A DNA stretch of 64,000 nt from Cetorhinus maximus (lineage: Eukaryota). A program made the translations under genes and the position numbers. Shown piece by piece: positions 12,725-25,399 of the stretch. The stretch spans positions 34,162,001 through 34,226,000 of the forward strand of contig NC_135901.1 in assembly GCF_964194155.1 (NCBI RefSeq). The letters run 5' to 3'. The notes beneath the pieces are model-generated. The model ran no database searches. It was not told where the DNA came from and saw only the letters and a program-made list of their open reading frames with translations. Every line of letters begins with the position of its first letter. Position 1 is the stretch's first letter.

Positions 12725-14990
12725 ATTCGCTTCAATATCCAAGATAAATGGAGCAATACTGGACCTAATCTTAGGAAATGAAGCAGGGCAAGTGGTAGAA
12801 GTGTCAATGGGGGAGTATTTCGGAGATATTGACCATAACTCTGTAAGGTTTAAGGTAGTTATGGAAAAGGACAAAGATGGACCGGAAATAAATGTCCTGA
12901 ATTGGGGGAAGGCAGATTTCAATATGATAAGACAGAATCTGGACAAAGTGGACTGGGATCAGCTACTTCTAGAAAAGTCTACATCAGACCAGTGGGAGTC
13001 AATCAAAAAGGAAATAGAGTGCAGAGGATTGGATAAGGAAATAAAAGGAGCCTTATGGCATTTACAGAGGACTGAAAACAGCAGAAGCCTTCAAGGAGTA
13101 CAGAAAGTGTAGGGAGTTACTTAAAAAAGTAATTAGTATAGCGAACAGGGGGCATGGAAAAACACTGGCGTGCAAGATTAAGGAAAATCCAAAGGCATTT
13201 TATAAATATATCAAAGGTAAGAGGATAACCAGGGAAAGGGTAGAGCCCATTAGGGGTAAAAGTGGCAATCTGTGCGTGGAGCTGGAGGACATCGGTGAGA
13301 TTTTGAATTATTACTTTTCATCTGTGTTCACAATGGAGAAGGAAGATGTAGGTACAGAAATCATGGACTGTGATATACTTGAACAAATTAGCATCGAAAA
13401 GGAAGAAGTATTAACAGTTTTAGTGGGCTTAAAATTGGATAATTCCCCAGGCCCAGATGAGATATATCTCAGGCTGCTATGTAAGGCAAGGGAGGAGATT
13501 GCAGGGGCTCTGACACTAATTATCAAATCCTCTTTGGCCACAGGAGACGTGCCAGAGGACTGGAGGACGGTGAATATTCAAGAAGGGTAGTTAGGCATAA
13601 ACCAGATAATTACAGGCCAGTGAGTCCAACATAAGTGGTAGGGAAACTACTGGAAAAAATTCCAAGGGACAGGATTAATCTCCATTTGGAGAGACAGGGA
13701 TTAATCAGGGGTAGTCAACATGGCTTTGTCAGGGAGAGATCATGTCTAACAAATTTGATTGAATTTTTTGAGGAGGTGACTAGTTGTAGATGAGGGTAGT
13801 GCAGTTGATGTAGTCTACATGGACTTTAGTAAGGCTTTTGACAAGTTCCTGCATGGGAGAATGGTCAAGAAGGTAAGAGCCCATGGGACCCAGGGCAATT
13901 TGGAAAATTGGACCCAAAATTGGCTTAGTGGCAGGAGGCAGAGGGTGGTGGTCGAAGTTTGTATTTGCGATTTGAAGCCTGTGATATGTGGTATACCGCA
14001 GGGATTAGGGCTGGGACCCTTGCTGTTTGTAGTTTACATTAATGATTTAGACGCGAATCTAGGAGGTATGATCAGTAAGTTCGCAGATGACATGAAAATT
14101 GGTGGTGTTGTAAATAGTGAGAAGGAAAGCCTTAGATTACAGAATGATATAGATGGGCTGGTAAAATGGGCAGAGCAGTGGCAAATGGAATTTAATCCTG
14201 AGAAGTGTGAAGTGATGCATTTTGGGAGGACTAACATGGCAAAGGAATACATAATGAATGGTAGGAGCCTAGGAAGTACAGAGGATCAGAGGGACCTAGG
14301 TGTAGATGTCCATAGATCCCTGAAGGCAGCAGCACAGGTAGATAAAGGTGGTTAAGAAGCTATATGGGATACTCGCCTTAATTAGCTGGGACACAAAATA
14401 TAAGGGCAGGGGGGTTATGTTGGAGCTGTATTAAATGCTAGTTAGGCCAAAGCTGGAGTATGTGTGCTCTTCTCGTCGCCACACCATAGGGAGGATGTGA
14501 TTGCACTGAAGAGGGTGCAGAGGAGATTCACCAGGTTGTTGCCTGGGCTGGAGCGTTTCAGCCATGAAAAGAGACTAGATAGGCTGGGGTTGTTTTACTT
14601 AGAGCAGGGAAGGCTGAAGTGCAGGGGGCCAGAGTGGAGGCTGATGGAGGAAGAAGGTAGGAAGAAGCTTTTCCCATTGGTGGAGGTATCAATAACCAGG
14701 GGGCATAGATTTAAGGTAAGGGGCAGGAGGTTTAGAAGGGATTTGAAGAAATTTCTTTTCACCCAGAGGGTGGGGGGTATATGCAACTCACTGCCTGAGG
14801 GTGTGGTAGAGGTAGGAACCCTCACAACATTTAAGAAGTATTTAGATGAGCACTTGAAACACCATAGCATACAGGGTTACGGGCCGAGTGCTGGAAAATG
14901 GGGTTAGAATAGATAGGCGCCTGATGGCCAGCACAGATACGATGGGCCGAATGGCCAGTCCCTGTGCTGTATAACTCTATGACTCTATGA
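12725..14990 (+). mobile_element. CR1 LINE, long decayed ORF2 (end of APE domain, RT) plus tail
   Basis: LDLILGNE...DHNSVRF, SPGPDEIY, MDFSKAFDK, SKFADD, EFNPEKCEVMHFG; tail ending (CTATGA)n. Confidence 0.92.
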
Positions 14991-15034
14991 CCTACTATGT
15001 GAAAAAATGGGAGCGGTGGTTATGATCTGAAATT

Positions 15035-15430
15035 ATTGGAATGAATGTTCAGTCTGCAAAGTTGTAAAGTGTCTAATCAGAGATAAGCTGCTGTTCCTCG
15101 ATCTTCCATTGAACTTAATGGGAACATGCAGGAGGCCGAGGACAGTGTGGGATTGGGTGGAAATTAAACTGGTAAATGGTTGGAAGCTCAGGATCATGAT
15201 TGCAGCCCGAATGGTGCTGCTCCACAAAGCAGTCACACAATCGGGGCTTAGTTACCTCAGTGTAGAGGAGACCACATCGTGAGTAGCAACTACACTACAC
15301 AAAAAATCATGAAGTATAAGGGAAACACTGTGTCATCTGGAAAGTGTGTTTGGGGCCCTGGAATGTGGGAAGGGAGGAGCTGAAAGGGTGGGTTCTGCAT
15401 CTGCTGTGCTTGAATGGAAATGTTTGACAG
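15035..15430 (-). mobile_element. Penelope-like element internal relic (GIY-YIG endonuclease region)
   Basis: Minus strand reads LPTFQGPKHTFQMTQCF...V*CSCYSRCGLLYTEVTKPRLCDCFVEQ, resembling the Penelope VY-I-C--C-LLYIGET-R-L--RF-EH motif. Confidence 0.7.
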
Positions 15431-15971
15431 TGATGTTCAAAAGAACACAAGAAATTGGAGCAGGGGTAGACCACCCGACCTCTTGAGCCTGCTCCACCAT
15501 TGAATGATCTTCCATGTCCACTCGACTCTACCTTTATGCTCAAGATGGAAATGAATACATTCGATTCAAGTTTCAATCTGGAAAATGCACAAACAAGGTG
15601 CACATTAATTGCAAAATTCACTTCCTCAATGCTTGGAAATCACGTTAACTGTACTTTCCACTGGCCTCGTGCTGAAATCTAGTCATTACGTGGTTGTTTA
15701 AAAATAAGAGGTCACCCCTTTAAAATTGAGGTGAGGCGAATTATTTACTCTCAGAGTATCGTGAGTATTTGGAACTCTCTTCCTGAAAAGGTGGTGGAAG
15801 CAGAGTCTTTGAATATTTTTAAGGCAGAGGTGGGTAGATTCTTGATAAGCAAGGGGGTGACAGGTTATCGGGGTCGGCAGGATGCAGATTTGTGGTTACT
15901 ATCAGATCAGCCATGAACTTATTAAATGGCAGAGGATGCTTGAGGGGCCGAATGGCCTCCTCTTGCTCCTT

Positions 15972-16226
15972 ACAGAGATAAAAACAAAAAACTACTGTGG
16001 ATGCTGGAAATCCAAAACAAAAACAGAATTACCTGGAAAAACTCAGCAGGTCTGGCAGCATCGGCGGAGAAGAAAAGAGTTGACGTTTCGAGTCCTCATG
16101 ACCCTTCAGCAGAACTTCAACAGAAGTTCTGCTGAAGAGTCATGAGGACTCGAAACGTCAACTCTTTTCTTCTCCGCCGATGCTGCCAGACCTGCTGAGT
16201 TTTTCCAGGTAATTCTGTTTTTGTTC
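15972..16226. mobile_element. Penelope-derived foldback element with 103-bp arms and hammerhead motifs, inserted in a CR1 tail; 13-bp TSD
   Basis: Arms 16016-16118 and 16123-16225 (1 mismatch), loop AACA; TSD CCTCTTGCTCCTT at 15959-15971 and 16227-16239. Confidence 0.88.
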
Positions 16227-16429
16227 CCTCTTGCTCCTTGTTCGTATGCTCATATTTTCGTATGTTACTGACAAGATGGAATTTAAAGGTTCTGTGTATG
16301 GGAAGAAAAATCATTTGTTCACATCGCCTGCTGAGATTCCAGTGAGTTCACATCTAAATGTGAAGGTTGTTCTGCGGTTATTTACACCCGGGACAGAACT
16401 ATGGCAGAGGGCCCATGAGCTTTGTTTGT

Positions 16430-16945
16430 CATATCAATTGAATTAATAATATTATATCTTGGCCCTGGGCTCCAATCATCATCGGATCACAAAACATAAT
16501 TTTCTGTTTAAAAAAATTGGCCTTCAATGGCGGCGGGGCTACCCAGCATTGAAAGAGGAGCAGAATGTGCCCTATCCTCACAGCAGCTCTCTGCTCATGC
16601 GCATTACCGTGTGAGCTTGGAGCATGCGCGTTGCGGTCTGTTTCATGAGCATGCGCAGTGCTGGTCTGTGACTGAAGCTGCTCAGGGCGTGTGAAAGAAT
16701 GCCGAGTGGAGCAAACTAACAGAGTTAGTGGGTGTGTGAGGAGGAATGAAGCCAGCGGAGTGGACAGGGAGGCTCCATAAAGACACAGTGCAGGCCGATG
16801 ACCACAAATAACAAGGTACCGGTCTTGTGTTTGCAGAGAATGGGCCGTAAAAGTCTGGATTTCTCCCTTCGCCAGGCCCGGGGTAACGGCCGCCATCTTT
16901 ATAGGGGGCAATGTGCAGCAGGGCGCATGCGCGGTCATCCTGGGT
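16430..16945 (+). promoter_or_regulatory. Class I ZNF promoter plus YY1-NRF1 unit
   Basis: CCAATCATCATCGGATC, TACCCAGCATT (16540), GCATGCGC repeats at 16597-16660, and GGCCGCCATCTT...GCGCATGCGC at 16888-16932; upstream of the ZNF at 17724. Confidence 0.7.
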
Positions 16946-17723
16946 CCTGGCAACTCAAACCCAGAGAAATGTTTGTCTTTTCTCAATTTATAATCTTAGA
17001 CTGACAGTAATGGCTTTTAAATTCCGTTTATAGCGGGGTTGTAGAACTGAACCCAGCCAGAGCGGAGGGAGATAGAAAACTGGGAGAGGAACAAAGAAAT
17101 GGTGGAGATTGCATGATGGGTTTGGATTTCATCACAGAGAGGAGAGAGAGTTTGTGGCACTGTGATTTACAGCTTGGGGTGGGGGAATGGGAGACGAGAG
17201 AAAGAAATATTCAATAGCAAGTGGAATTGTCAATTATTAATTTCCATGCTGGACTGACAGTGATAACTTTTGTTAACCCTTTTTACAGCTTATTAGAAGG
17301 GAGGGATTTTCAGATGCCAAACATCATGAAGTATTAAGATTTGTAGATGGGACACTCAAACCAAACATCACACGAAGATTGCACAGTCACTCGATTCATC
17401 AGGACCTGAATATCATCGGCCTTTGAATGTGGAAGGAGAAAGTTTTGACTGTTCTTTCTGTGGGAAAAGATTTCAAACATCAGTGTGACTGGGAAAGCAC
17501 TGAGACACACACACACACCTGAGTGAGAGTGTTCCAGTGAACTCACCGCAGAAAGAGCTTTAACCAGTTACAGAGCCTGAAAAAAACATTGCAGCGTTCA
17601 CAGTGGGGAGAAACTGTACATGTGTTCTGTGTGTGGACAAGAAAATGTGAGAACAGTGTGAAGCTATTCAGTCATCCACCCCAGCTGGAAATTCATTGGC
17701 GCACTCACATTGGGGCCAGCACC

Positions 17724-18398
17724 ATGGTGAAACCATGGAAATGTGGGGACTGTGGGAAAGGATTCAATTATCCATCTCTGCTGAGAAACCATCGACGTAT
17801 TCACACTGGAGAGAAGCCGTTCACCTGCTCCGTGTGTGGTAAGGGATTCACTCAGTCATCCACTCTGCTGACACATCAGCGAGGTCACACCGGGGAGAGG
17901 CCTTTCAGCTGCACTTACTGTGGTAAGAGGTTCAGGTCTTCATCCCACCTGAGTGGACACAAGCGATTTCATACTGGGGAGAGGCCATTTGCCTGCTCTG
18001 TGTGTGGGAAGGGATTCACTGTGTCCTCCAACCTGCTAAAACACCAGCAAATTCACACGGAGGAGAGGCCGTTCAGCTGCAGTTCCTGCGGAAAGAGGTT
18101 CAGGTATTCCTCCGACCTCACTGCACACCAGCGAGTTCACACTGGGGAGAAACCATTCACCTGCTCTGTGTGTGCGAAGGGATTCACTCAGTTAGCCAGC
18201 CTTAAGTCACACCAGCAAATTCACACTGGGGAGAAGCCATTCAGCTGCACTTCCTGTGGAAAGAGGTTCAGGTCTCCATCTAATCTTAAAGTACACAAGC
18301 GAGTTCACACTGGAGAGAGGCCATTCACCTGCACTGTGTGTGGGAAGGGATTCACTCAGTCAGCCAACCTGCTGTCACACCAGCGAATTCACAAGTGA
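17724..18398 (+). CDS. C2H2 zinc-finger protein, 8 fingers, 224 aa
   Basis: ACCATGG start, [10 protein letters not shown]...HQRIHK*; TGEKP/TGERP/TEERP linkers; probable splice acceptor TTTTTACAG ending at 17289. Confidence 0.85.
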   Translation: MVKPWKCGDCGKGFNYPSLLRNHRRIHTGEKPFTCSVCGKGFTQSSTLLTHQRGHTGERPFSCTYCGKRFRSSSHLSGHKRFHTGERPFACSVCGKGFTVSSNLLKHQQIHTEERPFSCSSCGKRFRYSSDLTAHQRVHTGEKPFTCSVCAKGFTQLASLKSHQQIHTGEKPFSCTSCGKRFRSPSNLKVHKRVHTGERPFTCTVCGKGFTQSANLLSHQRIHK

Positions 18399-18879
18399 CT
18401 GCAGGGATTGGATTTTGCTGTTATTGCTGCTGTTAGTCACATCCAGGACTGATAGTCAGATGCTATTAGCTTTGATTCTGCTGATATTAACAACCCTATA
18501 ACTGGCTGGAGTTTAATTTTCTGGATCTGTCACTGATTATCAGAGCTGCAGTGTCCCTTTTTAAAAGCACTATCTGTGATCTTTCCTCTTAATTCAAGAA
18601 CACTCAACAGGAACTCGATTACAATAAAATTATGAATTTTTACTTCAATTCTAAATTTATCTTTGGAGCAAAGTCTACAATTCAGTGTCTGAAAGGTTTC
18701 ACTGATTAACATCTCAAATTAGAAAGTGCTGATTAATCCTTGCTGACAATTCTTACTGACTTGCACATTCCACACAGAGACAAATCCATGATGAAATTAA
18801 TTTATCAAGGAACATAAAACATTAGAATATTTTACAGGCACATCGATAAAAGCTTCATCAGTCAATGTTGATATTGATG

Positions 18880-19795
18880 AATCTTGGAAGTCGCTGAGTT
18901 CAATCATTTCTGACGCAGCAGCAGCAACATTTGGTAAAAGGTGGAACCCACAACAAAGACTGGTTTGAGACCGACTCAGCAAAGATTAATCTGTCATTGA
19001 AGCAAAATGCAAAGCCTACCTGATGTACAACATAAACCCAACAGCGAGAGCACTGTGTAACTTGAAAGTAGCCAAGACAGTGGTATAAAAGACAGGGAGA
19101 TATGCACAAATAAACACTAGATCAGCCCACGTCAAGAAATCCAAACTGCCTGTGACAATGGAAATCTATGTGCTCTGTATGATGGGATCAGGAGGACGCT
19201 TGGTCCGACCATCACCAAAGTTATCCCCTGAAATCAGCAGATGGTGAAGTTCTCACCGACTGAAGTAAACTGATATCCCGCTGGGTTGAACTTTATTGTG
19301 AGCAGTACTCCTGTGAGAAGGACATCTCCCAGTCTCCGTTTTACTCTCTCCTGCAGCTTCCTGTCATGGTTGAGTTGGATGAGGAACCCTCATCACTTGA
19401 GCTCAAAAAGGCCATTGATTGTTTAGCAAGCAGAAAGGCACCTGGCAAGGATGGAATTCCAGCTGAACTGCTCCAGCCTGGAAAGTCCCATCTACTGTCA
19501 CAGCTTCATGAGCTGCTCCTTCTCTGCTGGAAGGTAGGATCCATTCCACAGGACACGAATGATTGAAGAATGATCACAATGTACAAAAAGAAAGGTGACA
19601 GAGGAGATTTCAACTGTCGTTGTTCTACAGGGACATCTCACTCCTCAGCATCACAGGGACGACCTTCACTAGGGTCATGCTTAAAAGACTCCATCTACTT
19701 GCAGACCGAGTGTATCCAGAAGCACAGTGTGGTTTCTGTGCTGGCAGATCTACAGTGGACATGATCTTCTCCATACACCAGCTACAAGAGAAGTG
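18880..19795 (+). mobile_element. RTE (BovB-like) LINE relic
   Basis: ELKKAIDCLASRKAPGKDGIPAELL, TMYKKKGDRGD and YPEAQCGF..GRSTVDMIF motifs with stops. Confidence 0.8.
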
Positions 19796-21174
19796 AACAA
19801 TTGGGATTGAATCTAAAATGCTGCTAGCTTCTGTGCTGAGAAAAGTGAAAGGTTATAATTACTGAGTGAAAGTAAACCTTTAAGTATGAATCACAATGAA
19901 CTTGTACAATTGTAAAAATCATCAAAAAGTTTGATTCCCTAAAGATAAGCTTCAGCCTTGAGGTTCTGTTCCGGAGCTCACAAGCTGTGGGAAGCTCCAC
20001 CCTCTTTAACTCTTTTCAGTCTCAGAGGGTTCAAGCTCCTTTTGCCTGTGAAAGTGAACTTTTTCAGTTTTATTTTTCTTCAGTTTTATTACCGTCATTT
20101 GGAAAGGTGACTGAAGAAAGAAGAAAAAATAATATTTGTGAAAAGCTGAGAAAAATACCAAAAGAATTGGAAAAACAGAAATTGAAATGGGGTTTGGTTC
20201 ATCCTTGATCTGAAAATGAAGTTACATAAAGTTGACACAAGTGTGCACATTTGAGAATGTTTCTTCAGCCCCTTTGCTAACAAGCTGAGAAGTTAACCTT
20301 TTCCACTGACAGCACGGTGACAATTTAAACAAAAGGCTTTGCTTTTTAAAGATTTGGCTTCATCCCATTTGTTATCATTCAAGACAAAGTTCCTGAGAAT
20401 GGGAGAAATGGGAGTGATCTGCAATCTGATTGCAAGTACCTGTACTTCTGTCTCTGATATATAAACACCATATTCTGTGAGTATTAAATGGGACAGTAAA
20501 ATTCCTCCTGTGCTCCTGAATGAGATAGAATGGTAATTAATGGAATTACGTATTTAGAATAAAAGAGAAAATCACACCCCCAGTTGGGAAATGGAATAAT
20601 TCATCTGGGTATAGTTCAATGGAATTGTTCAAACTGATATACCTGTACATTCTAGTGAAAGTCAGGAAAGTCGCAGTAGATGCGACCAGTAAACAGGGAT
20701 TTCTCTTGGTGATGTTTGTGTCCTTGCCTCTGTATTTAAAAGAAACTGAATTTGATAGTCTGGCCACTCTCCAAGGCATCAGAACCATGCAGGGTTAGAT
20801 CAGCAAAGATCTTCAGACAGACACCCCATTGATATTTTGATAAGATCACCTGAAAGGCTAAGAGTAGCTTGCATAGGTTCACACATGCATGATATTGGGA
20901 CACAGCGTGAGTGTGCAGATTAGATATGTTCCATGTGGTGGTAATTAACATGTGGAAATGTATGGTGACCCTGCACTGAAGAACAGGTCCCAGACATGCT
21001 CAGCTACTTGACAACAGAACAACATGAAGTGATTATTGTGGAAAATTGAATGAGACATTTTAAATAATCAAGACATTAACACACACTCCATAGTGAAACT
21101 AACTATAAAACAATCAGCATTGAATTAAACACACTGGTACCTATAAGAGGGAATGAAGTTAAATTGAAGGGGGA

Positions 21175-21700
21175 AATAGAATCTGGATTTAGAAAATATC
21201 CACAAGGTGGATGCAGGTGAACAGAGAGCTGGAGAGTCTTTAAAGTCCGTGCATGAACTTCTGTTTGAACCAGATGTATTTACGACATGCTAATAATTTA
21301 GATTGTGTGAGATGATTGGCAGGTGGGGAGGATGAATCTAAGTCAATAGTTATCACGTTTTAGTGGAAAAGTTTTGATATTTACTCTTGGTGGCAGCTCA
21401 AGGGTTTGTGTTGCTGATTCTGATCATTCTAGTAACTTTAGTATGTTGTCTACAGTTTGTCATCAAGAAATTAGGAAAACAAGCTCGTAGCTTAGAAATA
21501 GTGAGGTTAGTCAGAAATCAGTTGTGAGAAATCAATAAGGATTTTCCCTTCTCAAGCTGGGGAGATCTGTGAGAAATCACTGTCTAATAACCTTATAAAA
21601 TCTGTAGAAATGTATTGAATATTATAGGAATAGCTCTCTCCCTCTTGCTTAGGAATAAATATTCCTGGCTTGACAAACATAGGACAACATATCCCAATGT
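21175..21700 (+). mobile_element. LTR-element relic (internal 3' part plus start of an LTR)
   Basis: Highly similar to 56505-57000; GGGGAGATC followed by TGTGAGAAATCACTG. Confidence 0.55.
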
Positions 21701-22014
21701 TACCTCACAGGGATGGACTCGGTAGTTAGGGAACGGAATTTGTAGTGGTGACCGAAGACAATGGCTTTGATCTTCATAATTCTTAAAAGGTGCAAATTTC
21801 TGATCATCCTGTATGGAATGTTGGATAAGCAGTTTGATAATTTAGTAACAGTGGAGGAATGGAGAGGGATGGTGGTGAGGTAGAGCTGGGCGTTGTCAGT
21901 TTACATGTGAAAACTAACATGGTGCTTTTTGGATGATGTCACCTAGTGACTGCACTTGTGTCGAATAAGGTCCCTTGATGGCCTGAACCCATGGGACATT
22001 CTGATGTAAACTCT

Positions 22015-24995
22015 GGTTTTACAGCATGGAAAGAGGCCTTTTGGCCCATCGTATCCACTCTGGTCATCAAGCCCCGATCTACTCTCATCCCATTTTCCAG
22101 CACTTGGCCCGTAGCCCTGTAAGCTGTGGCATTTCAAGTGTTCATCTAAATACTCCTTAAATGTTGTGAGGGTTCCTGCCTCAATCAGCCCCTCAGGCAG
22201 AGAGTTCCAGACTCCAACCACCCTCTCGGTAAAAAAAGTGTTCCTCAAATCCCCTCTAAAACTCCTGCCTCTTCCCTTAAATTTATGCCCCCTAGTTATT
22301 GACCCCTCCACTAAGGGGAAAAGTTTATTCCTATCCACCCTATCTATGCCCCACACAATTTGGGACACCTCTATCAGGAACCCCCCTCAGTCTTCTCTGC
22401 TGTAAGGAAAACAACCCCAGCCTATCTAGTCTCTCTTCACAACTGAAACTCTCCAGCCCAGGCAACATCCTGGTGAATTTCCTCTGCACCCCCTCCAGTG
22501 CAATCACATCCTTCCTATAGTGTGGCGACCAGAACTGCACACAGTATTCCAGATGTGCCTGAACTAACATTTTATACAGCTCCATCATAACCTCCCTGCT
22601 CTTATATTCAATGCCTCGATTAATAAAGGCAAGTATCCCATTTGCCTTCTTAACCACCTTATCTACCTGTCCTGCTGCCTTCAAGGGTCTATGGACATGC
22701 ACATCAAGGTCCCTCTGATCCTCTGTACTTCCTAGGGTCCTACCATTCATTGTGTATTCCCTTACCTTGTTAGTCCTCCCAAAACACATCATCTCATACT
22801 TTTTGGGATTAAATTCCATTTGCCCCTGTTCTGCCCATCTGTATCGTCCTGTAGTCTAAGGCTTTCCTTCTCGCTATTTATCACACCACCAATTTTTGTG
22901 ACATCTGTGAACTTAATGATCTAGACATGAATGTAGGGGGTATGATCAGTAATGTACACTACAAACAGCAAGAGACCCAGCACCGAACCCTGTGGTACGG
23001 CAACTGGACACAAACAAAAACAGCCTTTGACCATCACCCTCTGCCTCCTGACATTGAGCCAATTTTGGATCCAATTTTCCATGGGCTCTTAACTTCTTGA
23101 CCAGTCTCCCATGTGAGACCTTGTCAAAAGCCTTACAGAAGACCATGTAGACTACAGCAATTGAACTACCCTCATCTACACACCGAGTCACCCCCTTGAA
23201 AAATTCAAATTTATTAGACATGATCTCCCCTGACAAAGCCATGCTGACTATTCTTGATTTTCTTGCCTCTTCAAGTGGGGATTAATTCTGTCCCTCAGAA
23301 TGTTTTCCAAAAGTTTCCCTACGACCGATGTTAGACTCACTGGCCGATAGTTCCCTGGTTTATCCCTACCACTCTTCTTAAATAACGGTACCACATTAGC
23401 TGTCCTCCAGTCCTCTGGCACCTCTCCTGTGGCCAGGGAGGATTTGAAAATTAATGTCAGGGCCCCTGAAATCTCCTCCCTTGCCTCCCACAGCACCTGG
23501 GATACATCTCATCTGGGCCTGGGGATTAATCCACTTTTAAGGCCCAATAAAACCATTAATACCTCCTCCCTCTCAATGCTAAGTTGTTCAAGTATATCAC
23601 AGTCCCCCTCCCTGATTTCTATATCTACATCATCCTTCTGTATAGTTAATACAGATACAAAGTACTCATTTAAAACCTCACCTACACCTTCCAGCTCCAC
23701 ACAGATTGCCACTTTGGTCCCTTATGGGCCCTACTTTTTCCCTGGTTATCCTCTTGTCCCGAATATACTTACAAAATGCCTTTGGATTTTAACTTATTTT
23801 ACCCAGTGATATTTTTCATGCCCCCTCTTCTCTCTCCTAATTCCTTTTTTTAAGTAGCCCCCTGCACTTTCTATACTCCTCAAGGGCTCCCGCTGTTTTA
23901 AGCCCTCGGTATCTACTATAAGCTTCCCCTTTTTTCCTTATCTAATCCTGTAAATTCCTTAACATCCAGGTTTCTCTGGACTTGTTGGTCTCACCCTTCA
24001 CCTTTATGGAAACATGTTGGCCCTGCACTCTCTCTGACTCCTACTGCTCTGATGTAGATTTTGTTACAAATATCTGCTCCCAATCCACTTTGACCAGATC
24101 CTATCTTATATTAAAATTGGCCTTCCCCCCAATTCAGAACCTTTATTTCCGGTCCATCTTTGTCCTTTTCCATGACTACCTTAAATCGAACTGAGTTATG
24201 GTTACTATCACTGAAATGCTCCCCGACTGACACTTCTACCACTTGCCCAGCTTTGTTCCTTAAAAGCAGGCCCAGCACCGCCCCCTCTCTTGTAGGATTT
24301 TCTCTGTGCAGGCTTAAAAAGCTCTCCTGGATACATTTTAAGAATTCAGCCCCCTCTAAGCCTTTCACATTTTGTCTATCCCAATTAATATTGGGGAAGT
24401 TGAAATCCCCTACTATTATTACCCTATTATTTTTACACTTCTGAGATTTGCCTACATATCTGGCCTTCTATCTCTCTCTGACTGTTTGGGGGCCTATAGT
24501 ACACTCCCAACAATGTTATTGCCCACTTTTTGTTTTTAAGTTCTACCCACATGGCCTCATTTAAGAAACCTTCTAAGATACCATCCCCCCTTACTGCAGT
24601 AATTGATTCCTTGATCAATATTGTGACACCACCACCTTTTTTACAACCCCCCACCTGCACCCCCTCCTCTTTCGCCTGAAGATTCTATACCTTGGAATAT
24701 TGAGCTGCCAGTCCTGCCCCTCCCTTGACCATGTCTCTGTGATAGCAATGATATCATATCCCCATGTGTTAATCAAAATCCTCAACTCATCTGCCTTACT
24801 CACAACACTCCTTGCGTTAAAATAAATGCCATCCAGCCTTGCTATGTTCCCTTGTGCCTTAACTTGACGATGTACACTCTACCTTCCAGACTGACTTGTT
24901 TTTTTCTTATATACCTGTCTGTACATTACCCCCTACTATACTTCAACTCGGTATCCCACCCCGGTGCCAAATTAGTTTAAACCCCCACCAACAGC
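22015..24995 (-). mobile_element. Near-full-length CR1 ORF2 (APE endonuclease plus RT), disabled
   Basis: IIAITETW, YYRPPNS, DFNFPNINW, PGNYRPVSLTS, KAFDKVSH, EFNPKK, HLEYCVQFWSP; many frameshifts. Confidence 0.92.
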
Positions 24996-25009
24996 TCTAG
25001 CAAACCTTG

Positions 25010-25260
25010 CAAGGTTCCCCACACCTTTTAAAGCACTTCTCACACTCTGGTCCTTCAAAAGGTCTCTCGCCAGTGTGAATGGTGTCCCAGCAGGTGGGAT
25101 GATGTGCTGAACCTCTTACCACATTGTGAGCAACTGAATGACCTCTCCCCAGTGTGAATTCACTGTGTTTCAGCAGGTCAGTCCAGGATAGAAATTGAGC
25201 TGAGACAAACATTTCTCTGGGTTTGAGTTTGCTGTGTCTAAATCTTCCCCTTCTAACACT
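25010..25260 (-). pseudogene. ZNF relic, head-to-head with the 26653 gene
   Basis: [19 protein letters not shown] and adjacent finger debris; exon-start module GAAGGGGAAGATTTAGACAC...AAACTCAAACC. Confidence 0.7.
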
Positions 25261-25399
25261 CGGCTCACGGGTTTGGAGTCCTACACCGGGTGTTTGTGAA
25301 CCCTCCCAGTCCACCCTCCGGCTCCATTCCTCTCCTGCACTCGACCCTTTCTGTGACTCTTGCTGGACTTTCGACCCGACCGCCTTCATCCTGATCCCG

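Noticed and set aside
16429-16986. ORFs containing IKMAAV/KDGGH (also 25597, 36385, 40612, 45908) as a novel small-protein family
   Set aside because: Translations of the YY1 motif AAGATGGCGGC and GC-rich promoter DNA; frames and lengths are not conserved between paralogues.
19800-21170. AT-rich segment possibly from a DNA transposon or Gypsy internal region
   Set aside because: No recognisable protein motif, TIR or TSD by eye; cannot be classified without a search.
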